The translations under genes and the position numbers were made by a program. Below the pieces are notes generated by a model that did not search any database, was not told the DNA's origin, and was given only the letters and a program-made list of their open reading frames with translations. A stretch of DNA of 64,000 nucleotides from a virus (lineage: Duplodnaviria; Caudoviricetes): the IMG/VR virus record IMGVR_UViG_3300021400_000239, positions 232-64,231 of that record, one strand, 5' to 3'. Shown piece after piece: positions 10,360 through 22,200 of the stretch; the first letter of the stretch is position 1, and every line of letters starts with the position of its first letter.

Positions 10360-12741
10360 TTAAGTCTTGCCCTAAACATAATTTGTACTTGAATTAAATA
10401 CACTAGTTAAATCCATCTATTTGACCCAACTACCATTTACTTTCTTATATACATTAGTATACGCCTACCAACTATTTCCCATCTTTATATAAATCTGCGC
10501 CGCGCTTGTACTAATAGTAACCGCAATAGTATGCGCCGCAGTAATATTTGTCAATGTGTATGTATAATTAACAATTTGATTTCCCGATTTATCCTAGCCC
10601 TATATTCGCTACAATGTTGAAGTTTTATCTATATTATTATCCTTCAACGTAACAGTCGCGGCAGTACTATTTGGAATTATAGTAATACTATAATTATCTC
10701 CCTCTAACTTAACAACCTAGCCATCAGGGAAAATCTTACCACTATTAGTAGAAGAAGTAATGAAGTAATAGCTAACATCACCAAATATAAAAATTAAGCT
10801 GTGTTTCTAATTTACATTTGACAATGTATAAGTGTAGTCTCCGCCCGCGGAGGTCGCTTGAATTGAGGCAACTTTCCACTATAAATTATCGTTATTAGCG
10901 TTAGAAGCATCATCTTTACCATATTTGATATCAATAAAATGCTATCCCATTGGTACGGTATAACTAATAGTTTGCGTACTACTACTATTTGAAGCCATTG
11001 CTAACTCATAATTGTTTGTACTATCCGATGGAGATGAACCATTAGAACCTGCGGTTAAACCATCTGTCGCAACCGATACATCTAATTTGCCAAACAAACC
11101 ATAGTCATAGTTTGCTTCAGCATAGTTAATGTACTGAATGGTAACTATACAGTCACTTTCTAAGTCTAAGTTAAGACGTGCAACAGAAGCAGACTTGTTT
11201 ACACCATTGTTAGTAGATACATAATAACCAGTAGATGAGTTTAAATTAAAGCCATAGCTGGCGCCACTTACTTGCGTGGTAACCGTATAAGTATTATTTG
11301 GTACGCCGCCAACTAACTAACTTGTAATATCAACGCCATTATCTAATGCCAATGTAAGCTACGGGTCAGTTGGACTAATAGTTACGACTTGCGTAGTCCC
11401 TTCCTAAACACGCGTTGTCCCATTATATGGGTCAGTAGTTGCGTTAATACTAGAGATAGTAATTGGATAATAATTATACTGGGGGTCCTCTGTGGGAGGC
11501 ACATATGGTCCTGATTGTTCTACCACAATTGAGTGGTCTAAATCAATATTATTAAGAGTGTAGGTCCAATAGTAAGGATTGCCGCTCGATGGTACATCAT
11601 ATGCTACCGTCCAAGTAATACCAGTGGTAAGACCACCATAGTAGCCAATAGTAAATCCAACGCGAGGATCCTCTTTTAATTCCGCTACCGTCCAAGTGCC
11701 AGGACTAATTGTTCGTGTCTAACTAGAAGTAGAAGTATAAGATATCGCTGTGCCTTTTGCGGTTGTCCCGTTATAAACATTTAGTTCGGCTACTTCATTG
11801 CTATTAGAACTATTCTCTAAATGACCATGCGCCTATACCGTCATTGAAGTAATAGTAGCATTGTCTGGAAGGTCGCTAAAATCAAAGTGATAGTAGATAG
11901 TAGCGGTACTGCCGCTAGAGCTACAATAGTCATTACCACTTTGCGATGAAGGATTATCTACTGTATGCCCTACCGTATCCCGATAACGAGTGCCACTAAC
12001 AGAGCCTGATACTGTATAGGACGCTGGCGCCTAAGATAATGTGCCACCTGTTGGCGTAGTGTGCTATACCAAATTTTCAGTTACATCAATTTCGTTATCT
12101 TTGACTACTATGTCATCTAAGGAAGAAGCATATATAGTAACAGTTGCGCTATTTCCTTCCATAATGTTTTGCGCCAATGGTTCTACTGTCGCTCCATCCG
12201 TTTCTGAAACGGCAGTAACGGTATATTCCATACCCTCTATAGCATAAGTTATACTTAATGTTGCGCCATAGAAATAAAGATAGGCGGCACGAGTTGTGTT
12301 ACTTGTACCACGAGTGCCAGTATATCGTACTTGTATATTGTTAATTTCTGACCTAGTCCAAGTACCTGGTGTTAGAGTATAAGCAGTTGCAGTAGTAGTT
12401 CGCGCGCTAGTAGAACTACCTTTTGCGGTTGAACCGCTATACAATTGGACTACTGCGGTAGAAATATATGAAGTAGAACTTACGCGCACCTTAGCCTAAC
12501 AAGCAACTGATGAAATAGTTGCTTCTGCGGGAATATCTGACACATCAAATGTGTAAGAAATATGAGTTTCTGCGCGAGAGCCTGTATTACAAGTAATATA
12601 GGCATAATTATTAGAATCTGCCCCATCGTAACCGTTTGATATTGGATAACTACTACTAATAGAAGAGTAGGAGGAGTTGGCGCTACTATATCCATTTGGA
12701 TATAATGTTATTGTATCTGAAACATTAATTTGCTAAGCCAT
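10360..12741 (-). CDS. Ser/Thr-rich tail fibre protein (about 793 aa), many TAG=Gln
   Basis: ATG 12741 with GGAGGAG RBS; ORF 12064-12489 is in frame; internal repeats; TAA at 10360. Confidence 0.7.
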
Positions 12742-12757
12742 TTATTCTCCTCCTTTA

Positions 12758-14035
12758 TTATGATTGTAAATATATATCGCCATCTGCTCCAAGACTTGAG
12801 GCGGGCGCAGATGAACCTGTATAGTATGTTTGGAATGTTAAGGTGCCAGTGATTTTAGACCCATTAACATATGCGGTTTTGCCGCTAGCAATATTAGCCG
12901 CAGTAGCATTAGCATCACTAGTGTATGTGCCAGTTACGCCAAATATCTATACGCCCTTCTTAATATTGGCTGCTGTTAAATCGGCATCGCCAGAAATGGT
13001 CTATGTTCCTGTTATATAGGTTCCGGCCGCAATAGTCTGATTACTAGTACCTGGCGTAATAGTCGCTGCTGCCTTTGTAGTAACGGAAGCGGTAAGAGAA
13101 ACAGAACTATTCCCTGCGGTACCTGCGCTAACATATCCTGCAGTAGTAACTCTTGGAGTAACAGAAATTGTCTTCGTCAATGTAATAGTATTCGTGCCGG
13201 TAGATACTGTTGCGCTTGTCCCAGAAATGGAGGTTGGCGATGTTGTAGTACCAGATGGCATCGCATTGATTTGGACTGAACTTAAACCATCATAGCCACT
13301 ATCAGGTGTTATTGTCTACGATGAAGTTGAAGGCGTGATTCCTGTTTTTGCCTATAGTGAAGGACTAGAACCGCTGCCGCTATATGAGCCACTTACTCCA
13401 AAAATCGTGACACCCGATTTTATATTCCCTGCTACAAGATTGCTATCACCTTTAATAGTCTGCGCGCCAGTTAAATAAGTTCCTGCGGCAATACTCTAAT
13501 TAGAAGTAGTAGGCGTAATAGTTGCGGCCGCTTTAGTTGTAATTGAAGCAGTTAAAGACACAGAGCTATTTGTAGCTGTTCCCGCGCTAATATAACCTGC
13601 TGTAGATACATTAGGCGTTACTGAAATAGTTTTGGTTAATGTTAAAGTATTGGTGCCAGTTGATACAGTCGCACTGCTTCCTGATATAGATGTCGGCGCG
13701 GAAACTGCTCCACTTGGCATAGCGTTAATTTGTACCGAACTTAAACCGCCATATCCACTATCAGGACGAATAGTCTATGAAGTCGTAAGGGGCGTAATTC
13801 CAGTTTTACTTTGAAGCACAACTCCTGAACTAGAACCGGTTGGCTATATTGTCATATAGGTGCCGTTATCAACAACATCTGTAGTTTCTGGCAAGTTAGC
13901 GGTAGGGTCAGACCAAGTACCATCGCTTCTTAAAAATGTTGCCGTATCATTTGTCAATGCTGGAATTCGACTATCTTTTATATTATAGGTTGTACCGCTA
14001 TTCAACCTAATTTTCTTAACATCTACACTTGCCAT
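12758..14035 (-). CDS. Tail fibre protein with an internal duplication (425 aa), TAG=Gln
   Basis: ORFs 13844-14035, 13496-13720 and 13001-13261 are one frame joined by TAGs; 'NIKSGVTIFGV', 'GKTAYVNGSKITG' fibre motifs. Confidence 0.8.
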
Positions 14036-14046
14036 TTAATCACTCC

Positions 14047-14238
14047 TTATGATGGAATAATAACGAGCAAATGATCATTATTATCAATAAATTGTACTCC
14101 TTGCGGAAAAGAAGGGGCGGCCCATGTGCCGTCCCCTCTTAAATAGGTGGTAGTTGTAGAGCTTGGAAAAGCGGGTAGGCGATAGTCTCTCATATTATAT
14201 ACATTACTACCAAATTGAATACTAGAAATATCAGCCAT
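14047..14238 (-). CDS. Small protein consisting only of the fibre N-terminal 'YLRGDGTW' module
   Basis: 63 aa, GGAGG RBS; motif shared with the genes starting at 10269 and 14035. Confidence 0.65.
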   Translation of the reverse strand: MADISSIQFGSNVYNMRDYRLPAFPSSTTTTYLRGDGTWAAPSFPQGVQFIDNNDHLLVIIPS

Positions 14239-14254
14239 ATTACCCCTCCTTTAA

Positions 14255-15244
14255 TTAAGAAACAGAAACAGTTCCCTGAGTACCACTAAATGTAGGCTGA
14301 GATACTGTTCCTTCTGGAGTGTAATTGCCAGTAGAAGTGAAAGAGGTGCCGCTAAATGTTGCTTTGAGTTCGGTTCCATCACCTGTAAAGGTTGGCTGAG
14401 ATACAGTACCAGTAGGCGTACCACTAACACTAACATTGCCTTCTGTACCAGTAAATGACAATTTTACTTTAGTACCAGTAAAAGAAGGAGCAGAAGCGCT
14501 ATACGAGGCATCGCCTGTCTTTACAGTAGTGTCTGCACCCTTTGTAGGTAATGTGCCTTGGCTAAAGTTAAATACTAATGTCTCATCTTCTACTGTTGTA
14601 CTTAGTGTAGGTAGCGTTCCCACATTTGTAATTGAATTAACAGTAGTAGTCGCGCCGGCGGTAGCAACACTAATAGTAGGAGCACCAACGGTACCTGCGG
14701 GAGTGTAATTGCCGCTAGTATTATTTGCGGCAGAAATAGTTCCTGCTGGAGTAAATTTACCGCTAGAGGTAGTAGCAGTGCCACTAAAAGTAGGCTTGCT
14801 AACAGTTCCGGAAGGAGTGTAGTTAGCAGTACCAGTGCCAGTAGAGATAGTCACAGAGCCAGTAGGTTTGCCGCTAACACTAACTGATTTTTGTGTTCCA
14901 GTAAATGTTGGCTGTGAAACAGTGCCAGCAGGAGTAAAACTGCCGCTAGCGCTATCCTTCGTAGCCAATGCGCCTAATCCGGTCATATCACCGAATTCAT
15001 GCCACTTAGTGCCATCAAATATAAATTCTTTCTTATTATAAAAAACAGCGTCATTAGCTTTAGGGGTATAATCTGCATTGTTAATTTTAATAGGCGTAGT
15101 AGTCGCCTGGTCAGTCAAAGCTGTAGTAGTTGTACCCTTAATAAGAATGGCGCCAGCCATAGTAGCACGAGCGACTGTGTCTTTTATGTCATACACAGTA
15201 CCATTTGTCGTTTTAATTTTACTAATTTCAGGCATAAAGTTCAC
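14255..15244 (-). CDS. Thr/Gly-rich tail fibre protein with TP.GTVSQPTF.G repeats
   Basis: 329-aa ORF with repeats; probable start MPEISK at about 15235. Confidence 0.75.
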   Translation of the reverse strand: MNFMPEISKIKTTNGTVYDIKDTVARATMAGAILIKGTTTTALTDQATTTPIKINNADYTPKANDAVFYNKKEFIFDGTKWHEFGDMTGLGALATKDSASGSFTPAGTVSQPTFTGTQKSVSVSGKPTGSVTISTGTGTANYTPSGTVSKPTFSGTATTSSGKFTPAGTISAANNTSGNYTPAGTVGAPTISVATAGATTTVNSITNVGTLPTLSTTVEDETLVFNFSQGTLPTKGADTTVKTGDASYSASAPSFTGTKVKLSFTGTEGNVSVSGTPTGTVSQPTFTGDGTELKATFSGTSFTSTGNYTPEGTVSQPTFSGTQGTVSVS

Positions 15245-15248
15245 ATCC

Positions 15249-15788
15249 TTAATTCTAATTTAATACGAGGATGTCATCCTCAATTTCATAATTTAATTTC
15301 TAATTCCAAAATTGCTTTTCTGCGGGAGTAACATGTATTGAAGAGTCGGACATATGCGCGTTTAGTTGCGTTAAAATGGAATTACATACTGCATCTCTTA
15401 CAAATGGTAAATCAATACAATATGCGTTGCCATCTCCTATCTTAATATCTGGGACTACTACTGGTTCCCCAGATACATCATCAATCATTGTATTATGGTC
15501 TAGATAGATAACAATTGCGCCGCGTTCTGGAATGAAATTAATATCATTATTTAATTCTGCCGTTGTCTTACAATAAATATTAATCCCATCTAACTTCGCT
15601 TTATCTACCGCCGCCATAAGCCCATTAGTAGTAGTCGTGACCAATCCCAATGTCCCCACATTTCTGGCTCCATTGGCGCCGTAGAATACCTAACCTTCTA
15701 CGACGCCATTAGGAGTGGCGGTTGTGTCTGTAATATCCATTAACACATCATTGCCATAAACAATCTTGTTCTTATATAAATTTGCCAT
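15249..15788 (-). CDS. Tail-associated protein, TAG=Gln
   Basis: MANLYKNKIVYGNDVLMDI..., 'GLMAAVDKAKLDGI', 'KIGDG', 'SIHVTPAEK'; ends TAG-AAT-TAA. Confidence 0.7.
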
Positions 15789-15801
15789 TGGCCATCACCC
15801 C

Positions 15802-16407
15802 TTACGCGGCGACAGTGCCAATTGTTACAGTTACTCCACCGTATTCATTATCAGTCTCAGAATAGGCAATTGCGGCAACATTAACTTGCGTAATGCTATT
15901 GAAATCACCTAAGTCTGAAGGCACTATTGTCTGTGCTGTTGTATAAGGCGTAACAGTTAATGAAGTTGCCTTAACACCTTCAGAGCCACTCATAGTACCA
16001 GTTACACCTAAAATCGTTACACCTTCGCGAATGTTGCTAGGAAGCAACTTAGCCTGCTCTGTGCTAGCAATGCTTACCCTACCAGAGCCATCATGATAAC
16101 CTTGTGGAATTGTGTAAATTCCATCTAGGGCTGTAATGCTTCCATCAACAGCGCCACGATTAGGCATACTACCAACGATTTTTGCGCCATTCACATAGGC
16201 GGTTTTCGTTGCTAGAATTTCCGCGGCGACCGCAGTGGCATCGGATGTTTTCGCGTCATATTCGCAAGTACCAGTGGTTGCTTCGCCGGAAGGCAAATGG
16301 AACTTAATACCACTAAGTACTGATGCTCTAGTAACATCATCCACTGTTAAGTCAATTAAGGTTTGGCCGCCATATATAACTTTATTTATATACTGATTAG
16401 TCGCCAT
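15802..16407 (-). CDS. Tail fibre-associated protein
   Basis: 'KTAYVNGAKIVG', 'YTIPQGYHDGSG', 'NIREGVTILGV' motifs. Confidence 0.75.
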   Translation of the reverse strand: MATNQYINKVIYGGQTLIDLTVDDVTRASVLSGIKFHLPSGEATTGTCEYDAKTSDATAVAAEILATKTAYVNGAKIVGSMPNRGAVDGSITALDGIYTIPQGYHDGSGRVSIASTEQAKLLPSNIREGVTILGVTGTMSGSEGVKATSLTVTPYTTAQTIVPSDLGDFNSITQVNVAAIAYSETDNEYGGVTVTIGTVAA

Positions 16408-16421
16408 AATTGTTCAACTCC

Positions 16422-16919
16422 TTATCCTATAATTGCCGTATATCCACCGGCACCATTTGAAGTAGTGGCATATGGTATTTTTTCTACCACTACATTCTAT
16501 TCCATTACCTTGTCATTAGTACGAAGAAGCTAATCTACGAACGCAAGCGGCGTTACTGAATAATTTCCAGAATAAAATTCATATGTTTTAATATACTATT
16601 CCGGAATTGCTTCAATAACTATGTCTTCACTTAACACCTTATTTTTAGTTTTTAGTACCTATTCTATACCTTGTAAAGGTACAATATGATAAATACCTTC
16701 GTAATTATCAATTAAATCATGTACATCCTATGGGTCAGTTGCTTCAACAAATGCGCCATATCTTAACTTAAAATCCTCAAAAGTGCCGCTAAAGCCAGTT
16801 TTACAAGCCTAAGTATATAACCAATTTAATACTAATGCGAGGTCGTATTCATCCCAAGGATAAATACGCTTTAAAACTGCATGCTATGGATTAGGAGGTA
16901 ATTGATACTAAACACTCAT
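16422..16919 (-). CDS. Structural hypothetical protein, TAG-rich
   Basis: 165 codons open apart from 8 TAGs; absent from the ORF track. Confidence 0.65.
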
Positions 16920-16940
16920 TCAAATTCCCCCTACTTGTTA

Positions 16941-17705
16941 TTATAAATCTAAAAATTTCGTCATCATATAACCTTGCTTTCCTTTATAGGAAACCTTGGT
17001 CCATTCCTCTTCCTCAACTTGTACTGTCGCGCCCTTATCAACACGAAGAAGGATGGTAGATTTGGTAGAAGGAGCTGAGCGCAACGCAACTTTGACATCA
17101 TTTACGGTTGCGGTTTTGTCATACTTTTCTACTTCCGGGGTACTCGTTGCGCCATAATCAACGCCCTTCAATTCTCCCCATTCGGCCCACTTTTTATTTG
17201 TAATTAGGGTTGTGATTACTCCCACTTGAGTACCAGACGCTTCAATGACTGTACCGTTACCTATATATAAACCGACATGCGACCTGTCAGAACCATTCTT
17301 TAAAACGAATACTGCGGTACCCGGTTTAAGTTCAAGGCCATCTGCGCGGCGGCCGTTAACAAGTTTTCCCTTATTTACGCAGTATTTATTCCACATGGTA
17401 TTACTGCCATGATACATATAGCCGCCGAGTTCTTTAAAAGCCCAGTAAAATAAACCAGAGCAGTCGGTCACATATCTTCCTATCCATCTGCTTCCGTACA
17501 TCGCGGCAGTATAGCTACTATCTTTTTTTGCGTTATCATTGGTTTTCCAAGCACTTCCATATTTATTTTCCATATAATTAACTTTCTATGTTTGTAATGC
17601 CTGTGTCCATTTTGTGTGCCATGTATTTAGAATATAGCCCCACTTGTTATCTAACGCATACTGAAATTTCGCAATTAAATCAGCCGTTTTGATCGTCGTT
17701 GCCAT
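16941..17705 (-). CDS. Endolysin: NlpC/P60 peptidase plus SH3b, one in-frame TAG
   Basis: 'TDCSGL', 'SHVGLYIGNG.VIEA' catalytic motifs; C-terminal SH3b; ATG 17705 after GGAGGGGAGG; TAG at 17586-17588. Confidence 0.85.
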
Positions 17706-18027
17706 CTTCTTCCTCCCCTCCTTCTTCCTACACATGAGAAATCGCCTTTCCAATTAAACTATTAAAACCACCTTTATCAAGCCATTTAAGTACAAATTTG
17801 TCGCTATAAATGTACTTCTCGCCCAAAGAATTAACCATATATGTTGATACATTAACCAACATAATCGTATCTACTCCCGCAATAGTAGATACAAGCGCAT
17901 CCGCCGCAGATGGGACGAATGCGCTTATTATCACAACTGAAAAACGATATAGCGCCCACATCCAACAAATAAATTTACTTAACTATTTGCTGTACTATAA
18001 GGCTGCTGCCGCTACTTTTCCCGCCAT
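17680..18027 (-). CDS. Membrane protein next to the lysin (holin-like?), TAG=Gln
   Basis: Two hydrophobic segments and an acidic C-terminal tail. Confidence 0.55.
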
Positions 18028-18031
18028 TCAA

Positions 18032-18454
18032 TCACTTCCATCTATAATGGGGTTTCTCTTCTCCAAACATCTTCCATCTGAGGAAATCGTCTAATACAAT
18101 ACAAGCTGCTGATAGGAAAAGCCAGATTACGCAGAATGGTAGGCTACATTGGTTCCAAAAAAATGCCATGCGCTGATAGTGCCAGACATTTAATTTTAGA
18201 ATAATATTCAAAATAATGCCGGCAACCGCTTCACTGAATACGGCAACGCCCATACCGATGGTACATTGCTGTAAAAATGGCATGTTCCAATGAATTTTTT
18301 CATTAATATCTCCAATTAAAAATCCTACAATCCCACCTAATAAGAACATAGTCCAATGGGTAATTTGTCCTTTCCATAAACATTCAAGAAAAAAATATAT
18401 CGCGCCAAAAATTACAAATAAGATTAAATCTTTTAATAAAATTTTCAGTTTCAT
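18032..18454 (-). CDS. Multi-pass membrane protein (putative ABC-transporter type IV/CmpB-like family)
   Basis: 'YFFLECLWKG..HWTMFLLGG', 'LNVWHY......NQCSLPF' pattern. Confidence 0.65.
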   Translation of the reverse strand: MKLKILLKDLILFVIFGAIYFFLECLWKGQITHWTMFLLGGIVGFLIGDINEKIHWNMPFLQQCTIGMGVAVFSEAVAGIILNIILKLNVWHYQRMAFFWNQCSLPFCVIWLFLSAACIVLDDFLRWKMFGEEKPHYRWK

Positions 18455-19191
18455 TGCGTAATCACCTTCAAAACTTCAGATTGATATTCATCTGGAATTG
18501 GAGTACCATAGGTTATTGCGGCAATTTCTTCAATGGTTGATAAGGAGTTGATGTAGTTTTTCAAGGCGTTGTAGTAGGTAGTGTGATAAACTTTATGAGC
18601 TGTTGCGGCGGCAACTATTTGATTAATTTCATCTGCAGTATAGAATATACAGGTTTCGCCATCCGCATGATAGGGAATGAGTTCTTGCGTTTGCGCCATT
18701 ACCCCTAAGCTCATTAGGTTAAGTTGGTCTTGTGTATCCATTGAGAAGTGTTTGGTTTCCATACGAAGTTCAACATCAACGCCGGCTTCAATTGTTTTGC
18801 GGCATTGGAGAGACATTTCGGAGATTTTGGAATCTCTAATGTATTCTAGCATAGCATCTGTATCTACTTCTTCAACAGCGGGTATATCAGTGGTAGGTTC
18901 TGGTTCTGGTTCATCATCTTCTATGATTACTGCTTCATTAGCCTATTTAGCATGAAGATAGGCAAAATAATCATCTCTACTGATTTCATTAATTAAAGCA
19001 TTTAAATAATGACGCTTATTGTTAGGAATTGGTGCCATCCAATAATCTCTATACAATAATCCTTCATATTCTACAAACTACCCTAAACTATCAGTAGAGG
19101 AAATTAATTTTCCATAATTTTCAATAAAGAAATTAAAAGAATTTACTACTCCTTTAATTTCTTTTCCTATAACTATTTTATAATATTTCAT
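18451..19191 (-). CDS. DUF4376-like tail fibre assembly protein, TAG=Gln
   Basis: 'HFSMDTQDQLNL', 'PYHADGE.C..YTA'; extended to ATG 19191 through two TAGs. Confidence 0.65.
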
Positions 19192-19210
19192 AGTTTATTT
19201 CCCCCAAAGA

Positions 19211-19234
19211 AAGGGGAGGAAAACTCCTCCCCTA
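19211..19234 (-). terminator. GC-rich hairpin after the giant gene
   Basis: AGGGGAGGA...TCCTCCCCT stem immediately after the TAA at 19237. Confidence 0.5.
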
Positions 19235-19236
19235 TA

Positions 19237-22200
19237 TTAAATCGCGAATTCAGGACAAAGAATACGAGTAGAATTATTACCGGCACTATTATTCTATGGT
19301 AAAATTAATACGCCTGCTTCATTTACCTTATCAAAACGATTGGGATTCATATAAGTCATTGAGCCATCATCGTGATAAGTACGTAATTCCCACATACCAG
19401 CACGTTTCCAACCGCCATTAGTTGTAACAATATCTACATATACTCCTTCATTGATTTCTGCATTCGTATAATACATAAAAGCATTTGAACTATTATTAAA
19501 ACCAGAATTAATATTTATATCTTCTGTATACCAAACATCACCGGACTAAACAGAAATCTATTCATCATGCTGTATTCCTGATTCATCAGTATACTAATAG
19601 GTCCATTCATCGGTTAAAGCGGGATTGGTAGTATTATAGAATATTCTAGTATTAGAAGTAAAAGGCTTCTCAAAAAATCTATAACGCAATGGATTAATAT
19701 TAGTTAAGTTAGCATCAACTAATACATCGCTAGAAACCGTAAGAGCCTAAATATTGCTAGTAGATAGCCAAGGCCAAAAACGTAAACTTTCATCCTATTT
19801 ATATGAAGAAGATACAATACCTCCAACTTCTTGCTCAGAAGCTAAATAAATATAATCTTGAGTATCAACTTCACCATCAATAGCTTCAGTAGTGTATTGA
19901 CTGCTCGCAGCATTTGCATTAAAATATACAGAGGTAATTGTATATTTTCCCATTATAGACCGATATGCAATTGAAAACGCATTATAAATTCTTTCATTAC
20001 ATAATGTACGCAATGAAGATGTACTCCAACCAGTACGGCTTATATCACTTATAGTTGGAACAGATATCTATCGATCTCCAAATCCTTTTGCCGCGGTGAA
20101 TGTTAAGCGTGTGCCGGGCATCATACGTGTACTAGTGCCAGTCTCTGGTTTATCACCTAATCCATTATCATAACCAGTCAACAAGAAATATTCTGTTTCA
20201 TGCGGCCATGCTGCCAATAAACGGCAATTTTTTCTACCTAAATCAGTATCCCAATATTTTGCCCAATATATCATAGCTTTCGCAGGACGACGAGCATTCG
20301 TGGCTTCAATTGCTGTACTATCACCAGAATAATTACCACCAAGAATAAGTGGCGTATCCAAAGAAGCCTAATTATTCCACGTTAGCGTTGCCGCGTATAT
20401 ATCGGTATTAGTATATTGATCCGAAGTAAAACCGGTAGAATAAACATATAATTTATTTAATTCCTCTGGCGCAGAAGAATGCCGTAATACAATTACATTG
20501 CGATTAGACTTACTATATTGTTTAGTATTGGTTTCTCCAGTAAGTGTAATTGTATCTATTGCTGTCGTAGTGGTTGCAGTACCCCAAGTAACATGCACAT
20601 ACATACGTGTATCTCCTGCTTCGCTACCTTTATTTAATGAAATTTTAAATCCTTGAATGGACGAATTTGCATTTTTATAGCATGAAGCAAGTACAAATTC
20701 ACGTCCTGCATTATAACTAGCGGAATCCATTAAAAATTTATAATCAATTGCAAGGGTCCAGTCTGTAGCTAAATTTATTAATGGTGTAATATTATTTTTA
20801 ACTTGTACCCCAGAAGTTTCTCCTGTTAATCGTATTTTTGATGCACCATTAAGTAGGTCGGTTGTAGTAACTCCTTGAGTATAATAAAAATCATTACCCA
20901 TTTTAATTGCAATTGGTTCTGCGCCTTGTAATTTATCATTTAAAATTCTATTTTTTGCTTCTGAACCCAAGTTTGCAATTGCGTATAAATCTGCGGCAGT
21001 TAATTCATTCATATTAATAGATTGAATGCTATTACCGATAGTACTTGTTTCCCAAATTGCATAAATATCTGTATCAGCAACTAATTTTCCTATTGGACGA
21101 TCCCATCCTTTAAAAACTTTATATGTCCCATTAGCTGATAATTTTGCTTTTAAGAAACTATTATTTTCTTCGGGCTATGTACGTAAAGAAATGTCCGTTC
21201 CATATTTAGCATTAATCGTTTGAATTGCTTCTTCGCCAGGCTCAGCAAACCATCGGACTATATAATAACGATCAGTTGTGGTAGGATACTATGCAATAAA
21301 AATTGTATTACCTTGAACATAATCATCCGCTGAAGGATTATTATCTGTTCCTTCTCTCTTCCAACCACTAAAACGACGATATGTTAAATTACCTTCGCCA
21401 TCATCATCATATTCGCCAAAAGTATAAGAATATTGTGCATCCATGGGTTTAGTTGGTATATCAATTCTTGCTTCATTTGTAACAGGATCTAAATCATCAA
21501 TATAAGATGAAGCAGGGTCGATATAGTGTTCTTGATCGGTTCTATAGTCAGTATATAATAACCACTTTTCATTATCTTTTTCAGTTGCTCCAGATACATA
21601 TCCATAATTATAATATTTAATAGAAAATTCTTTAATAATATTATTTCCATTAATTTCAATTGGATTCCCCGCAGAATCTGTATCAGCATAAATAATGAGA
21701 TTTTTATAAATGGATTTAATTTTAGTTAATAAAGATTCTCTTATACGAGTAATTTTAATTTTACCGGAAATTTCTGGATATTGATTACTTCCTTCGGTAT
21801 GTCCACCTTGAGCCGTTAAATAGGTTCCTTTTGCTAAATCGCTTACAATTAATTGCAAGAAACTTTGATCCGAACCTAAATCAATATCTATGCCTACAAT
21901 ACGTAGTCCGCCTGCCTGTAATCCTTCTAACCGTTCTGTAATAATATCCTTAACAGGTACATTAGGAGTATTTTCAACCCAAAGACGAGTAATATTGGCA
22001 TAATGATTATTTTTAGAGTTTTCATAACTAAAATTAGTTAATTTACTTTGATTGATAATTGTGATATCAGTAATATTCTCGCCGTAAGCAATAGTATCAA
22101 GTACACCACCAGAAGGTAGAGAAAGTGTATTTAGGCCACTACCAGTAGCATAAACTTTCTTAATAAATCCATTATTGCTTAGAGATAGAGAAGTTAAATT

